Shown: piece after piece, positions 38,224 to 47,831 of the stretch | How positions within the stretch are numbered: the stretch's first letter is position 1 | Layout: each line of letters opens with the position of its first letter | Assembly: GCA_040389905.1 (NCBI GenBank) | Contig: JAZJZK010000005.1 | Span: forward strand, 64,001-128,000 | Source of the DNA: Gemmatimonadota bacterium | Lineage (GTDB): Bacteria; Gemmatimonadota; Gemmatimonadetes; Gemmatimonadales; Gemmatimonadaceae | Reading direction: 5' to 3' | DNA length: 64,000 bases | Program-made: the position numbers and the translations under genes | Notes under the pieces: generated by a model | Told to the model about the DNA's origin: nothing | What the model saw: the letters and a program-made list of their open reading frames with translations, nothing else | Database searches by the model: none

Positions 38224-39229
38224 CGCGTTTCTCGAAGCCCGTTGGTTTGCCGAGGAGGCGGCCGCCGTGCTGGATCCAGCCAGTGACCCAGTCGAGCAGT
38301 GTCTCGAGCGGAAGGAGCTCAGCGTCCAATGCCTCAGCCATTCTCGCACCGTTGCTGAGCAGTGCATCCGCACGCTCCTCGCCGGCGAAAACAGGCTTTA
38401 TGCCGAGCCGTTCTCCAATGCGGTGGGCGAGATCAGCCACGCGAAGCGTCGCCGGGCCGGCGACGTTCAGGATATAAGGTTCAGGCGCGGTCGCGCGTGC
38501 GAGTGACGCGAGCGCCACGGCGTTCGCATCACCCTGCCAGATGACATTCACGTAGCTCATGCGAAGGTCGATCGGCTGTCCGGCAGCGATGCGTGACGCC
38601 AGGTCGGTGAGGACGCCATAGCGAAGATCGTGTGCATAGTTCAGACGGATAATCGACACCGGGGACCGATGTCGCGCCGCGGCGGCCGTGAAGAGTCGTT
38701 CGCGCGCGAGGCACGAGTACGCGTACTCGCCGATGGGTGCCGGCTCATCGTATTCGGTGGACCCGCCGCGTGACGGCTGAGAGAGCGGGTACACGTTGCC
38801 CGTGCTGAACACCACGGTGCGTGAGCCGGCATATCGTTCGCTCGCGAATGCCGGAACCGCCGCGTTCATCGCCCACGTCGCTGACGGATTCCCCGACGTG
38901 CCGAATTTCTGGCCGGCCATGAATACGACATTGGCAGCGCCGGGAAGCAGCTCGACCGCGACCGGATTCAAGAGGTCCGCGATGATGATCTCGACGCCAA
39001 GTGCTGCGAGCGACACCGCAGCCTTCTCGTCCGACCAACGCGAGACGGCGATGACACGCCGATCCGGTGCGGCGCGCTTGGCCATGCGGGTGAGCGACGG
39101 GCCCATTTTTCCACCTGCGCCGAGCACGATGATATCGCCGGGTGCTCCGGCGAGGGCGTCGATCAGTTGGTCAGGTGGACGCGACAGTCGTTCGTCGAGT
39201 TCCCGCTCGTCGCGCGGGGCGCCTTCCAC
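38210..39229 (-). CDS. NAD-dependent epimerase/dehydratase
   Basis: LGAGGKMG, STGNVY and YAYSC; overlaps the aldolase-like gene. Confidence 0.85.
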   Translation of the reverse strand: MEGAPRDERELDERLSRPPDQLIDALAGAPGDIIVLGAGGKMGPSLTRMAKRAAPDRRVIAVSRWSDEKAAVSLAALGVEIIIADLLNPVAVELLPGAANVVFMAGQKFGTSGNPSATWAMNAAVPAFASERYAGSRTVVFSTGNVYPLSQPSRGGSTEYDEPAPIGEYAYSCLARERLFTAAAARHRSPVSIIRLNYAHDLRYGVLTDLASRIAAGQPIDLRMSYVNVIWQGDANAVALASLARATAPEPYILNVAGPATLRVADLAHRIGERLGIKPVFAGEERADALLSNGARMAEALDAELLPLETLLDWVTGWIQHGGRLLGKPTGFEKRDGHF

Positions 39230-39976
39230 TTATCTGCCTGCGGCGAGCTCGCGTTGCAACTCGTGCCGCGCCGCATCGATGATGTCACGCGTGCGGTTGC
39301 GGAGGTCCGCGACATCAGCGCTCGTCATGCCTGTCGTCGGAATGGGTGCGAGGACGCGTGCCTTTGCGCGTGCCCGCCGAAAGGCGAAACTCCCCTTGGC
39401 CATGCAGTTCCGCGTGCCGGCGACAGCGATGGGCAGGATCGGAACGCCCGCTTCGATCGCAAGCTTGAAGGCGCCGTCCTTGAACGGCAACAGCTCCTCG
39501 GTGGGTGCGCGCGTTCCCTCGGGGAAGATCATCACGCTGACCTTCTTGCTCAGCCGGTCGCGACAGCCGCGCATGGCGCTGACCACGCTCTCGCGCTTCC
39601 CCCGGACGATAGGAATGTCGTTGGCCATCCGCATCATCCAACCCATGACGGGAATCTTGAACATCGTGTCCTTTGACAGCCACTTCATTTCCCACGGGAA
39701 GTGACTGATGAGGAAAATGTCCGCGTACGACTCGTGGTTCGATACAGCGATATACGGCAAACGTGGATTGGCCGGCGCCTCGCCGTCCACGTCGAAATGC
39801 CACATCGGATTGAGCGTGACTTGCGCCATGGCGAGATGACGGAAGGCGCGTCCAGCCCGGTAGCGCCCGGGGTCGAAGGGCGCGGTCACGAGCCAAACCG
39901 CGGCCACGTAGAAGACGCCAAAGACGACAACGCCGACCGTGGTCACCCAGCCGATGGCACTCAGAATACGCGTCAT
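39230..39976 (-). CDS. plsC: 1-acyl-sn-glycerol-3-phosphate acyltransferase family
   Basis: NHESYAD (HX4D) and FPEGTR. Confidence 0.88.
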   Translation of the reverse strand: MTRILSAIGWVTTVGVVVFGVFYVAAVWLVTAPFDPGRYRAGRAFRHLAMAQVTLNPMWHFDVDGEAPANPRLPYIAVSNHESYADIFLISHFPWEMKWLSKDTMFKIPVMGWMMRMANDIPIVRGKRESVVSAMRGCRDRLSKKVSVMIFPEGTRAPTEELLPFKDGAFKLAIEAGVPILPIAVAGTRNCMAKGSFAFRRARAKARVLAPIPTTGMTSADVADLRNRTRDIIDAARHELQRELAAGR

Positions 39977-39992
39977 GGTCGAGTCTGGGGGC

Positions 39993-40436
39993 TCAGGCGC
40001 GAATGAAATCGGGACGCCAATCCGTGATGGCGCGCTTCACGGAGTCCGTCGTGGGTAATTCACCACTCAAGCATCGCTCCACGAGACTCGGGAGCTCGGC
40101 ATCTCCTGCGAACCGCAACCCGATGAGCTGCCGTAACGCCAGTTCGGAGATGCGATTCCGCAGCTCCGGCGCAAGCGTGGTCGCGAGACGAAGTCGCATC
40201 TCCAGTCCGATCAGTCGGTTCTGGACGAACAGGGTTGACGCGCGGTTCGCAAGCAAGGCCGCGAGGAGGCCGATGGCGACCACCACCAGCCACCCGTTGA
40301 ACAGCGACGGTTGGCGAACGGCATGCGCGACGGCGATGACGATATTTGCAAGGAGGATGGGGAGGGCGACGTAGTGATAGAGCGGGAAGTATCGCTTGTG
40401 ATTGGCGTATGTCTGTGGAGCGCGTTTCGTGGCCAT
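39993..40436 (-). CDS. Two-TM conserved hypothetical protein (DUF6526-like)
   Basis: QTYANH, QNRLIGLEMRLR and LIGLRFA..D.EL. Confidence 0.75.
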   Translation of the reverse strand: MATKRAPQTYANHKRYFPLYHYVALPILLANIVIAVAHAVRQPSLFNGWLVVVAIGLLAALLANRASTLFVQNRLIGLEMRLRLATTLAPELRNRISELALRQLIGLRFAGDAELPSLVERCLSGELPTTDSVKRAITDWRPDFIRA

Positions 40437-40447
40437 GTAGAGTCCGG

Positions 40448-40891
40448 TCAGGCAATTGCCCGCTGCGCGTGACGTTTCACGCGAGCGAGCATGGCGTTGA
40501 GTCCCACTTCGCGCCCCGCGAGTCCGATACCGTCCATCACCTGCCGGACGAAGTCATCGGGGATCGCGAGCGTGGTTTCGGGAGGATGTCCGTTGATCGC
40601 GGAGAAGAGAATGGCGAGGAACGCCGCGATGGTCGGGGACTGGCGAACATTGAGATCGACGTGGAAATAGAGCTTGCCGTCACGCATTTCGGGGAACAAA
40701 TCGACTCGCGTTTGGCATTCCGGAACGGTAAACTCGCTGCGGTCGAGTGCCGCGAAGCGTTCGGGCAGCGGAGGAAGCTGTTTGGCGTAGTGGAGAAGGG
40801 ACTGCATTTTTTCTTCGCGCGACAGGGCGCGAAACCTGCTCAGCACTCGCGCCACGGAGGCGGGGAGTGGCTGGTCGGCCGGTTCCGTCAT
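40448..40891 (-). CDS. sufE: SufE family sulfur-acceptor protein
   Basis: LLHYAKQLPPL, VPECQT (conserved Cys) and GLNAML; ATG 40891. Confidence 0.85.
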   Translation of the reverse strand: MTEPADQPLPASVARVLSRFRALSREEKMQSLLHYAKQLPPLPERFAALDRSEFTVPECQTRVDLFPEMRDGKLYFHVDLNVRQSPTIAAFLAILFSAINGHPPETTLAIPDDFVRQVMDGIGLAGREVGLNAMLARVKRHAQRAIA

Positions 40892-40979
40892 GGCAGGAGA
40901 TAAAACCCAACGGAAACGATGCGTCAAGCTTGGCGCCCCTTCGGCGCGCCGCTCTTTTCCCAATTCTCGAGGACGAACA

Positions 40980-41411
40980 ATGCCAACACGCAAGGCGACA
41001 GCAAAGTGGACCGGTGGCTTCAAGGACGGCGGCGGTGAGTTTCGCAGCGAAACCGGCCTGGGGGCGAGCTACAGTTTCGGTACGCGTTTCGGTGAGGCCG
41101 TCGGTTCGAATCCGGAAGAGCTCCTCGCCGCCGCGGAAGCCGCGTGTTTCAGCATGGCGCTGACCGTGGGCCTCGAGAAGGAAGGGTTCAAGCCGACGAG
41201 CGTGGAGACGGAGGCCGCGTGCACCATTGAAAAGGTCGGCGAGGGCATGAAGATCACCAGGATGCAGTTGACGACCACCGCCGTCGTTCCCGGTGCCGAC
41301 GATGCGAAGTTCCAGGCCATCGCCCAGGCGACGAAGGAAGGCTGCCCGGTCTCGTCGGCCTTGAAAGGGAACGTTCAAATCGACCTGACGGCGACCCTGC
41401 AAGTCGGCTGA
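40980..41411 (+). CDS. osmC: OsmC peroxiredoxin
   Basis: GAGG RBS; YSFGTRF, GSNPEELLAAAEAACFSMAL and CPVS. Confidence 0.93.
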   Translation: MPTRKATAKWTGGFKDGGGEFRSETGLGASYSFGTRFGEAVGSNPEELLAAAEAACFSMALTVGLEKEGFKPTSVETEAACTIEKVGEGMKITRMQLTTTAVVPGADDAKFQAIAQATKEGCPVSSALKGNVQIDLTATLQVG

Positions 41412-41427
41412 CGGCAAACTGCAACAA

Positions 41428-41531
41428 AATGAACGCGGATTGAGCAGATGGAAGCGGATTATGTCCGATCAAAGCACTGCGTGCGGTTGATCCGATTTTA
41501 TCCGCTTCAATCCGCCCAATCCGCGTTCATT
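41428..41531. repeat. Inverted repeat element, GCGGATTGA 9-mer family, copy 2
   Basis: AATGAACGCGGATTGAGC...GCCCAATCCGCGTTCATT. Confidence 0.85.
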
Positions 41532-42752
41532 CAGTTGTGGTCGTGACCCACGCCAAAGTTCGAACTGCACCGCAATCCAGATCGCCAGAATCGGCAACGC
41601 CAGACGATACGTCGTCGCGCTCGGCGTCCTGAACACGGCGCCGGGAATCAACGTCGACATCAGCGGGATCGTCACGAACGCCGTCCAGTACAGGACGGAG
41701 CGCCATTGTTCGCGCGGCGAACTCGCGAACCAAATGGAGGCGCCCGCGAATGCAATCACGTAACTCGCTCGTTCGGCCTGGTGGTTGAACAGCACCACGT
41801 AGAGCAGCACCGAGCAGAGGTAGAGCAGACGGAATCGCTCGTCACCCCAACGGGCGCGGCGCACAGCCAGCGGCGCGAGCAGGGCAACGGTGCCAGCGAG
41901 CTGCATGGGCCAGTTCGGCCATCCAGCTCCCGTCCACTGCTCCACGAGCTGCATGACCGAAAACCATCGTTGCAGGCTGTCACTCGCCTCGACACCCTGC
42001 CACGATTGGTACTGCGCCATCAGCGTGGCCGGCGAGGTGACCAGCAACGGGAGGGCGAGGAAGGCTATTCCGAGAGCCACCGCCCAAGCGGCGGTGCGCA
42101 GCGTCAGGCGCCGCGGCAGTGCGAACGAGAGCGCCGCAAGGGGAAAGATCTTGACGCAGGCGCCGAGCAACGCGGTTGCCGCCGCTCCCCACGCTTTTCC
42201 GCGCTCGAACGCCACGAAGGTCAACACGATCAGCGCGGCGACGAGTGCATTGCTTTGCGCATTCTGCATCGCCCGGAGCACTTCGAGTACCATGCACGCC
42301 TGCGCCACGACCGCAGCACGGGCAGGTAGCACGCGTCCTATCGCATAGAAGAGCAGGAGCGCGTTGAGCGAGCTCCACAGGAACAACGCGACCGGCCACC
42401 ATGTCCACGCGAAGGGTGCGAACAGGAGCGCAAAGGTCGGACTGTATTTGAAACGATCTACGTGTTGCTGCGGGTACTCGGCGTAGAGGTCCTCTCCGGA
42501 GAGAAGGTGGCGGGATGCAGTTCGAAAGATCTCGAAGTTGCCATCCGGCCGAGCCGCTTCGCGCAGGTCATCGACGTGTTCGTCGCGCACCACGCCGGCG
42601 AGCACACGATTGACCGCGGGCGTCGCCGCCAACAGCTTGCCCGCGGCGTCCGCCGCGGCGAGGAGAAGATAGAGACCGAGCAGAAAGCGCCGCATCCGCG
42701 GGAGCGGAATGGCGTCGAATCGCGCGCGGGCTCGGTGGGCGAGCAGGTGCAC
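41469..42752 (-). CDS. GT87/DUF2029-like membrane glycosyltransferase
   Basis: LYAEY...FKYSPTFA, QNAQSN and KIFP; multi-TM; start may be 42695. Confidence 0.85.
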   Translation of the reverse strand: MHLLAHRARARFDAIPLPRMRRFLLGLYLLLAAADAAGKLLAATPAVNRVLAGVVRDEHVDDLREAARPDGNFEIFRTASRHLLSGEDLYAEYPQQHVDRFKYSPTFALLFAPFAWTWWPVALFLWSSLNALLLFYAIGRVLPARAAVVAQACMVLEVLRAMQNAQSNALVAALIVLTFVAFERGKAWGAAATALLGACVKIFPLAALSFALPRRLTLRTAAWAVALGIAFLALPLLVTSPATLMAQYQSWQGVEASDSLQRWFSVMQLVEQWTGAGWPNWPMQLAGTVALLAPLAVRRARWGDERFRLLYLCSVLLYVVLFNHQAERASYVIAFAGASIWFASSPREQWRSVLYWTAFVTIPLMSTLIPGAVFRTPSATTYRLALPILAIWIAVQFELWRGSRPQLNERGLGGLKRIKSDQPHAVL

Positions 42753-42797
42753 GGGAGAAAACCAGGCAGGAAGAGGCGGCCCTCTCGTACCGGGCCG

Positions 42798-43106
42798 TCA
42801 GGTGCTATAGTACTCCTTGATGCACATCGTAACCACGCGCTGCAACAATCTCACCTGATCCGCCGGGTCCGACATTGCCCGTACTTCTGGCAGTGCGTTC
42901 CAGATGTCCTTGAGCACGATCAGCAATTGCTCGGGCAACATGCTTTTCTCGCGCGCCTCGGATGCCACCCGAAATAACGCCAGTTGCAGCGGACTCGGCG
43001 ACAAGCCATTCGATAGGTACTGCCGAAGCGCCGCTCGCAGGGCGTCGACGGTTTCCGCGTTCAGGCGACTCGGCGGAATCTGGCTCGAGTCGTGCGCCAT
43101 CATCAT
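42798..43106 (-). CDS. Small all-helical hypothetical protein
   Basis: Typical codon pattern; PEQLLIVLK...VVTMCIKEYY. Confidence 0.7.
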   Translation of the reverse strand: MMMAHDSSQIPPSRLNAETVDALRAALRQYLSNGLSPSPLQLALFRVASEAREKSMLPEQLLIVLKDIWNALPEVRAMSDPADQVRLLQRVVTMCIKEYYST

Positions 43107-43310
43107 GCTGTACGAACGTCTTCGGGTGGGGTCAGAAAGCCAGGACACGAGCGAACTCGTCGTCGTATCCACGAGACGAATGTTTACCCGCGCAGCCCGC
43201 ACGTCAAGTGCGAAAGGCGTGGCATGAGCACTGATCTTGGTCCTGCTCTTGCTGCAAAAGACGGATACACCCGTCACCCTCGTCGCGATGTCTGTCGCCC
43301 GGATGACGAC

Positions 43311-43670
43311 GTGAGCCGTCACGCCGTTCTCGTCCTTTCGGTTGATCCACTTGCCGCGGCACTGATCGCCGCCTCCGTCGAGCTCTCGGAGCTTGCACCG
43401 CACTTCGCGCAGCAAGGGGAATCCGCCAGAGCCGCACTGCGTCGCGTTCGACCGAGGCTCGTCGTCATCGACTGTGCCCATGAAGAGGGCTGCTCCGATG
43501 AGTTCGTCGGCCCGGCGCTCATGATGGGTGCGCGCACCGTCCTCATCCGCTCGCATCGCGAGCCCCGCGCCATCGATGATTTCGCGGAACGCCTTGGGCT
43601 GCGCGTCTTCGACATGCCACAGGACCACGAGGAGCTGACACGCCTCTTCGCCGAACTCCTCGCCGAGTAG
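43311..43670 (+). CDS. Stand-alone degenerate receiver-like protein
   Basis: GTG 43311; VLVLSVD...RPRLVVIDC REC-like pattern with no conserved KP. Confidence 0.6.
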   Translation: MSRHAVLVLSVDPLAAALIAASVELSELAPHFAQQGESARAALRRVRPRLVVIDCAHEEGCSDEFVGPALMMGARTVLIRSHREPRAIDDFAERLGLRVFDMPQDHEELTRLFAELLAE

Positions 43671-43677
43671 CCGCCAG

Positions 43678-44163
43678 TTGCGCGTTTCATCAACACGGGC
43701 TCGCTATGTCTTGCTGGCAATGCTCACCGTTGGGATCGGCCTAGCCGTTCATTTCGGCGGGCACGGCCTTCCTGGTGGCTTGCGTGACCCGCTCGGTGAT
43801 GCGTTGTGGGCCGCGATGGTCTATTGGATCGTCAGCGCGCTGAGCCCGACTGCGTCTCCGCTTGGCAGATCGCTCGCGGCCATCGCGTTCTCCTATGTCG
43901 TCGAATTCAGCCAACTCTACCATTCCCCATGGTTAGATGGACTGAGAGCGACGGTGCTCGGCCAACTCGTTCTTGGATCCGGTTTCGACGCGCGCGATCT
44001 GCCCGCGTATGCGGTCGGCGTCGCCATCGCCGCGACGATCGATCGCATCACATTCGCGCGTTCCAGTACTGAAACAGCCAATTCCAGCGTTGTCACCCGG
44101 AGCGAGCGCAGCAGCCTGCCCTCGAGGAGCGCAAGCGACGAAGGGAGAAGGTCTGCACCTTAA
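43678..44163 (+). CDS. DUF2809-like membrane protein
   Basis: GDALWA, VEFSQLYH and LVLGSGF..DL.AY; the C-terminus reads into a repeat. Confidence 0.8.
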   Translation: MRVSSTRARYVLLAMLTVGIGLAVHFGGHGLPGGLRDPLGDALWAAMVYWIVSALSPTASPLGRSLAAIAFSYVVEFSQLYHSPWLDGLRATVLGQLVLGSGFDARDLPAYAVGVAIAATIDRITFARSSTETANSSVVTRSERSSLPSRSASDEGRRSAP

Positions 44164-44206
44164 CCCAGACTGAACGTGCAGATCCCTCGACTTCGCTCGG
44201 GATGAC
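44091..44206. repeat. Inverted pair of REP-like palindromes
   Basis: TGTCACCCGGAGCGA...GTCTGCACC...GTGCAGATCCCTCGACTTCGCTCGGGATGAC. Confidence 0.8.
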
Positions 44207-44247
44207 TTCACATGTTGGCCAAGCCGGTAGTTCCGACGCACGCTGCG

Positions 44248-44865
44248 CTAGGATTTCGGCTCTGCCCAGCCCGCTACCCTCTCGAGCCGAGCGAAAACGT
44301 CGTTGAAGAACGCCGCCACATCGAGCTCAAACGGCATTGTTGCTAACGCAGGGAACCACGTCATCTCGCCGCGAAAGACCGTCGCCTCGCGGTCCTCCGG
44401 ACGCCATCGCTCGAACGTGCGTTCGTCGGCATCAACAACCCAGTAGTCCGGAACTCCGACGCGCTGAAAGTACTTCCGTTTGGTGACGCGGTCATGTCGG
44501 ACGCTGCCCGGAGAGATGACCTCGACTGCCAGCAAGAGCCGCGCGACCTGACTCCAATCATGCCAAGGTTTGCCGTCGCGCAGTGACCCGTACGGCACGA
44601 CAAAAATGTCGGGCTGCGTTACCGTCCCTAGCTCCAGCTCGAGATCTGCTGGAGCGGTGAGCGCCAGACCGAGCCGTTGGTCGTCGACGTATTCCGCAAG
44701 CAGCCGCAGCAACTGAGTGATCACGAACTGGTGCACGTTCCGCGGCGCCGGCGTCACGAGCAGCTCACCATCGATGAGCTCATAACGAGGCCAGCGGCGA
44801 GAATCACTGCTGAGATTCCGGACCTCCTCAGCAGTCCACTTACGGGTGGCGGCAGGCATGACCAT
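44248..44865 (-). CDS. Uma2 family (PD-(D/E)XK) endonuclease
   Basis: YELIDGEL, QPDIFV, AVEVISPGS and DRVTKRKYFQRVGVPDYWVVD. Confidence 0.92.
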   Translation of the reverse strand: MVMPAATRKWTAEEVRNLSSDSRRWPRYELIDGELLVTPAPRNVHQFVITQLLRLLAEYVDDQRLGLALTAPADLELELGTVTQPDIFVVPYGSLRDGKPWHDWSQVARLLLAVEVISPGSVRHDRVTKRKYFQRVGVPDYWVVDADERTFERWRPEDREATVFRGEMTWFPALATMPFELDVAAFFNDVFARLERVAGWAEPKS

Positions 44866-44977
44866 AGTGTGCTCGGCTCGGCGGAAAAAACGCAAGTGCC
44901 CATCCACCAATGTCGCCGAGCGCGCCGAGTTGAGCGTCATCATTCAAACGCAGCGTCGCATCATTCCACCGCGTCGC

Positions 44978-46468
44978 TCAGGCCACCGCGACTCGCTTTC
45001 CTCGCTGCGAAAAGACGCGCTGCGCATCACAGGCGTCGCAGTTGCTGCACACCCAGTCGTCCTCCACTGGCTCACCGAAGTATTCCAGCAGGAATCGCGT
45101 TCGGCAGCGCGCACTCTGGCAGTACCCGACCATCGCGCGAAGCTTCGCGCGGTCCTGCTCGCGGCGCGCTTCATAGTCAGTGAGGTCCGCACTCAGGTCG
45201 ATCGAGGTTAGTCGGCTCTGGAGCCGTTCCCAACCGCCACCACGATGCTCGCGAACGAGCCCATGTCGCTTCAGCAGTACGAGGACCACGCGCGTCTTTC
45301 GACGAGCGACGCCGGATTGATCCGCGAGGTCGTCGAGCTCGACGCGTTCGAGCAACGGATACTGCTCCAGTAGCAAGGCAACTTTCGCCGCTTCTTCCAC
45401 GTCCGGATACTTGCCGCCGAGGAAGTACGACTGGACGCGAGAATCTTCGACGCGGTAAAGAATGGTACAGACCGCAGGCAAGCCATCACGCCCCGCGCGG
45501 CCAGCCTCCTGATAGTACGCCTCCACGGATCCCGGAAAGTGGTAGTGCAATACGAACCGGAGATCACGCTTGTCGATACCCAGCCCGAACGCGTTCGTCG
45601 CGATGATCGAGCGGATCGTTCCTTCCATGAACGCATTCTGCGATGCCTTGCGATCGGCCGGATTCATCTTGCCGTGGTACAGCCCGATCGAGTAGCGGTC
45701 CTTGAGCAACGCGTGAAGCCGGTCCGCTTCCTTCACGGTTGCGGTGTAGATGATGCCACTCCCGGTGCTCTTCGTGAGAAGCTGTTCGATCGCAGCGTCT
45801 TTCTCAGCCTGATTCACTGTCCTCCGCACCTCGAAACGAAGATTCGGCCGGGCAAAGCCTGTGATGGTGATTTGCGGATCGCGCATGCCGAGCTGACGCG
45901 CGATATCGTCGCGCACTTCCGCGGTGGCGGTGGCCGTAAGCGCGAGGACGGGCGGCTTCCCGAGACGCGCGATCACCGAGCCGAGTGTGAGGTAGTCCGG
46001 GCGGAAGTCGTGGCCCCACTGGCTGACACAATGCGCCTCGTCGATGACGAAGAGCGCCACCCGGCGCGTGAGCAGCCGGTCGAAGAAGTCGCGATCCTTG
46101 AATCGCTCCGGAGTGAGGTACAGGATTTCGCCTTCTCCGTCAGATACCTGCCGCGCCGTCTCGCGGGCGTCGCCCGCCGAGAGATGCGAATGCATTGCGA
46201 GCGCGTCGACGCCGTGCGCGTGCAGTTTGTCCTGCTGGTCCTTCATCAACGCGATGAGCGGGCTCACCACGACGGTGAGCCCGGGCATCAACAGGGCAGG
46301 CAATTGATAGACGATCGACTTGCCGCTACCCGTCGGCATCACGACGAGTGCATCCTGTCCGTTCAGGACGGCGTTGATCGGCTCCCACTGTCCACGACGA
46401 AATCCCTCATGCCCGAAGCGCTCTCGCAGGGTCGCGAGAGCGCGGGCTTTGGTTGCGGCTGCTGGCAT
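44978..46468 (-). CDS. recQ: RecQ family ATP-dependent DNA helicase (short, no HRDC)
   Basis: PTGSGKS, DEAHCVSQWGHDFRPDY, QEAGRAGRDG and Zn-binding C..CSNCDAC. Confidence 0.93.
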   Translation of the reverse strand: MPAAATKARALATLRERFGHEGFRRGQWEPINAVLNGQDALVVMPTGSGKSIVYQLPALLMPGLTVVVSPLIALMKDQQDKLHAHGVDALAMHSHLSAGDARETARQVSDGEGEILYLTPERFKDRDFFDRLLTRRVALFVIDEAHCVSQWGHDFRPDYLTLGSVIARLGKPPVLALTATATAEVRDDIARQLGMRDPQITITGFARPNLRFEVRRTVNQAEKDAAIEQLLTKSTGSGIIYTATVKEADRLHALLKDRYSIGLYHGKMNPADRKASQNAFMEGTIRSIIATNAFGLGIDKRDLRFVLHYHFPGSVEAYYQEAGRAGRDGLPAVCTILYRVEDSRVQSYFLGGKYPDVEEAAKVALLLEQYPLLERVELDDLADQSGVARRKTRVVLVLLKRHGLVREHRGGGWERLQSRLTSIDLSADLTDYEARREQDRAKLRAMVGYCQSARCRTRFLLEYFGEPVEDDWVCSNCDACDAQRVFSQRGKRVAVA

Positions 46469-46531
46469 GGACCGGGGAAGGGCACGATCCGGGCCGGAGG
46501 CATCGAGCCGAGACGCCTCGGCTCGACCGCG

Positions 46532-46966
46532 TTAGCCGTTCGTGCGAACCGTGATTTTTCTCGGCTGCGCTGCCTTGGCCTTTGGTACGACGACGGTCAG
46601 CAGCCCGTTCGAGAACGACGCGTCAATCGCCTCGCCGTCGACGAACTCCGGCATACGGACCGAACGTTCGAAGTTGCCGTGCGCACGCTCTGCGGCGAAG
46701 AGCCGCAGTTCATCTCCGGCCGCGACGTCGTAGCCGGCGGGCTTGGTGCCGCGAATGCTGAGGACGTTCTGCTCGAAGCGAATGTCCACCTGGTCGGGGC
46801 TGACGCCCGGCAGCTCGGCATGCACGAGATACGCATCGGCGCGCTCCGCCACATCGAGTGCGGGAATCCAGGCGCGGCCAGCCGAGGAATTGATTGCCTG
46901 ATCGAACACACGGTTCAAGGTCAGCATGCGATCGAGCGAGGACGGGAACGAGCGAGTGGTCAACAT
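46532..46966 (-). CDS. Hsp20/alpha-crystallin small heat shock protein
   Basis: GGAGA RBS; ELPGV, ERAHGNFERS and NGLLTVVVPK. Confidence 0.95.
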   Translation of the reverse strand: MLTTRSFPSSLDRMLTLNRVFDQAINSSAGRAWIPALDVAERADAYLVHAELPGVSPDQVDIRFEQNVLSIRGTKPAGYDVAAGDELRLFAAERAHGNFERSVRMPEFVDGEAIDASFSNGLLTVVVPKAKAAQPRKITVRTNG

Positions 46967-47029
46967 ATTGATGTCTCCATGGAGGAAATTGTGGGTGTGT
47001 CCGCCATGGTGGCGGTGACCCTCCAAGAG

Positions 47030-47119
47030 GCACGCGCTGGACCAGCGCGTAACTGCCACCGTGGCTGAGCGACAGTGCCGTGCTCGGTCCGATTGTCAGA
47101 CGGGCCTGACAAAAATGCA
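47030..47119 (-). promoter_or_regulatory. Possible sigma54 promoter and TGNCA-N3-TGNCA-like sites upstream of hsp20
   Basis: TGGTCCAGCGCGTGC (GG-N10-GC, 47030-47044); imperfect palindromes at 47054-47066, 47086-47098 and 47107-47119. Confidence 0.4.
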
Positions 47120-47141
47120 TTCCAAGAGCGGGAAGAGCTCG

Positions 47142-47831
47142 TCAGCGTCGCGCGGCGGCCCGAGTGAAGTCGCGCAAGGCGTCCTTCCCCATCCAACGCG
47201 CGGTTGGATCCGCCGACTCCGACAGCCGCCGAGCGAGCGCAAGGGCGCGCACGTTGAGCGCCGCGTTGCGGCGGCCGACCATCCGCAACGCCCAGCTCAC
47301 TCCTTTCTTGACGAAATTGCGCTCGTCGGTCGCTTCGCGTTCTACGAGCTCCAGCCCGCGAATGAACTTGTCATCCCCCGCCGACTTGTCGTGTCCGGCC
47401 AGACTCGCCAAGAGCGCGAATGCAGCACGCTTCTCCCACGCGCCCTGCTTCGAAGCCCATTTCGACACCTTGTCCCAGGCGTGTGGGGTTTGATCGAACA
47501 GCTTGAAGCACAGCGTGTCGACGACGCCCCAATTATCGAACTCTCGGCACCATCGGTCCATTTGCGCCGACGTCACGCGCGCGGGTTCGTCGACGAACGC
47601 CGTCAACAGGCGCGCTTCATAGATATTCGTTTCCCAGAGCGCGGCGGCGAGCGCGTGGTTTCGGCTGAGCTGTTTGGTCAACCGCTGGATGTTCGCCATC
47701 GATACACCCAGTGGATTCGTGGCAGCGATCCCGAATCGGACCAGGTTGTCGCGGTCCTTTTTCGTGCTCTTTCGCTCGAGGCCGGCGAGCGCCCAGGCGA
47801 GCTGCTCGTCGAGAACGTTTTGAACTGTCAA
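47142..47831 (-). CDS. DNA alkylation repair (AlkD-like HEAT-repeat) protein
   Basis: TTG 47831 with GAGGTG RBS; YEARLL, FDNWGVVD and FVKKGVSWALR. Confidence 0.85.
   Translation of the reverse strand: MTVQNVLDEQLAWALAGLERKSTKKDRDNLVRFGIAATNPLGVSMANIQRLTKQLSRNHALAAALWETNIYEARLLTAFVDEPARVTSAQMDRWCREFDNWGVVDTLCFKLFDQTPHAWDKVSKWASKQGAWEKRAAFALLASLAGHDKSAGDDKFIRGLELVEREATDERNFVKKGVSWALRMVGRRNAALNVRALALARRLSESADPTARWMGKDALRDFTRAAARR

Noticed and set aside
44091..44865. Uma2 nuclease as the mobiliser of the adjacent REP pair
   Set aside because: The repeat lies on one side only and such repeats are common here, so adjacency is uninformative.
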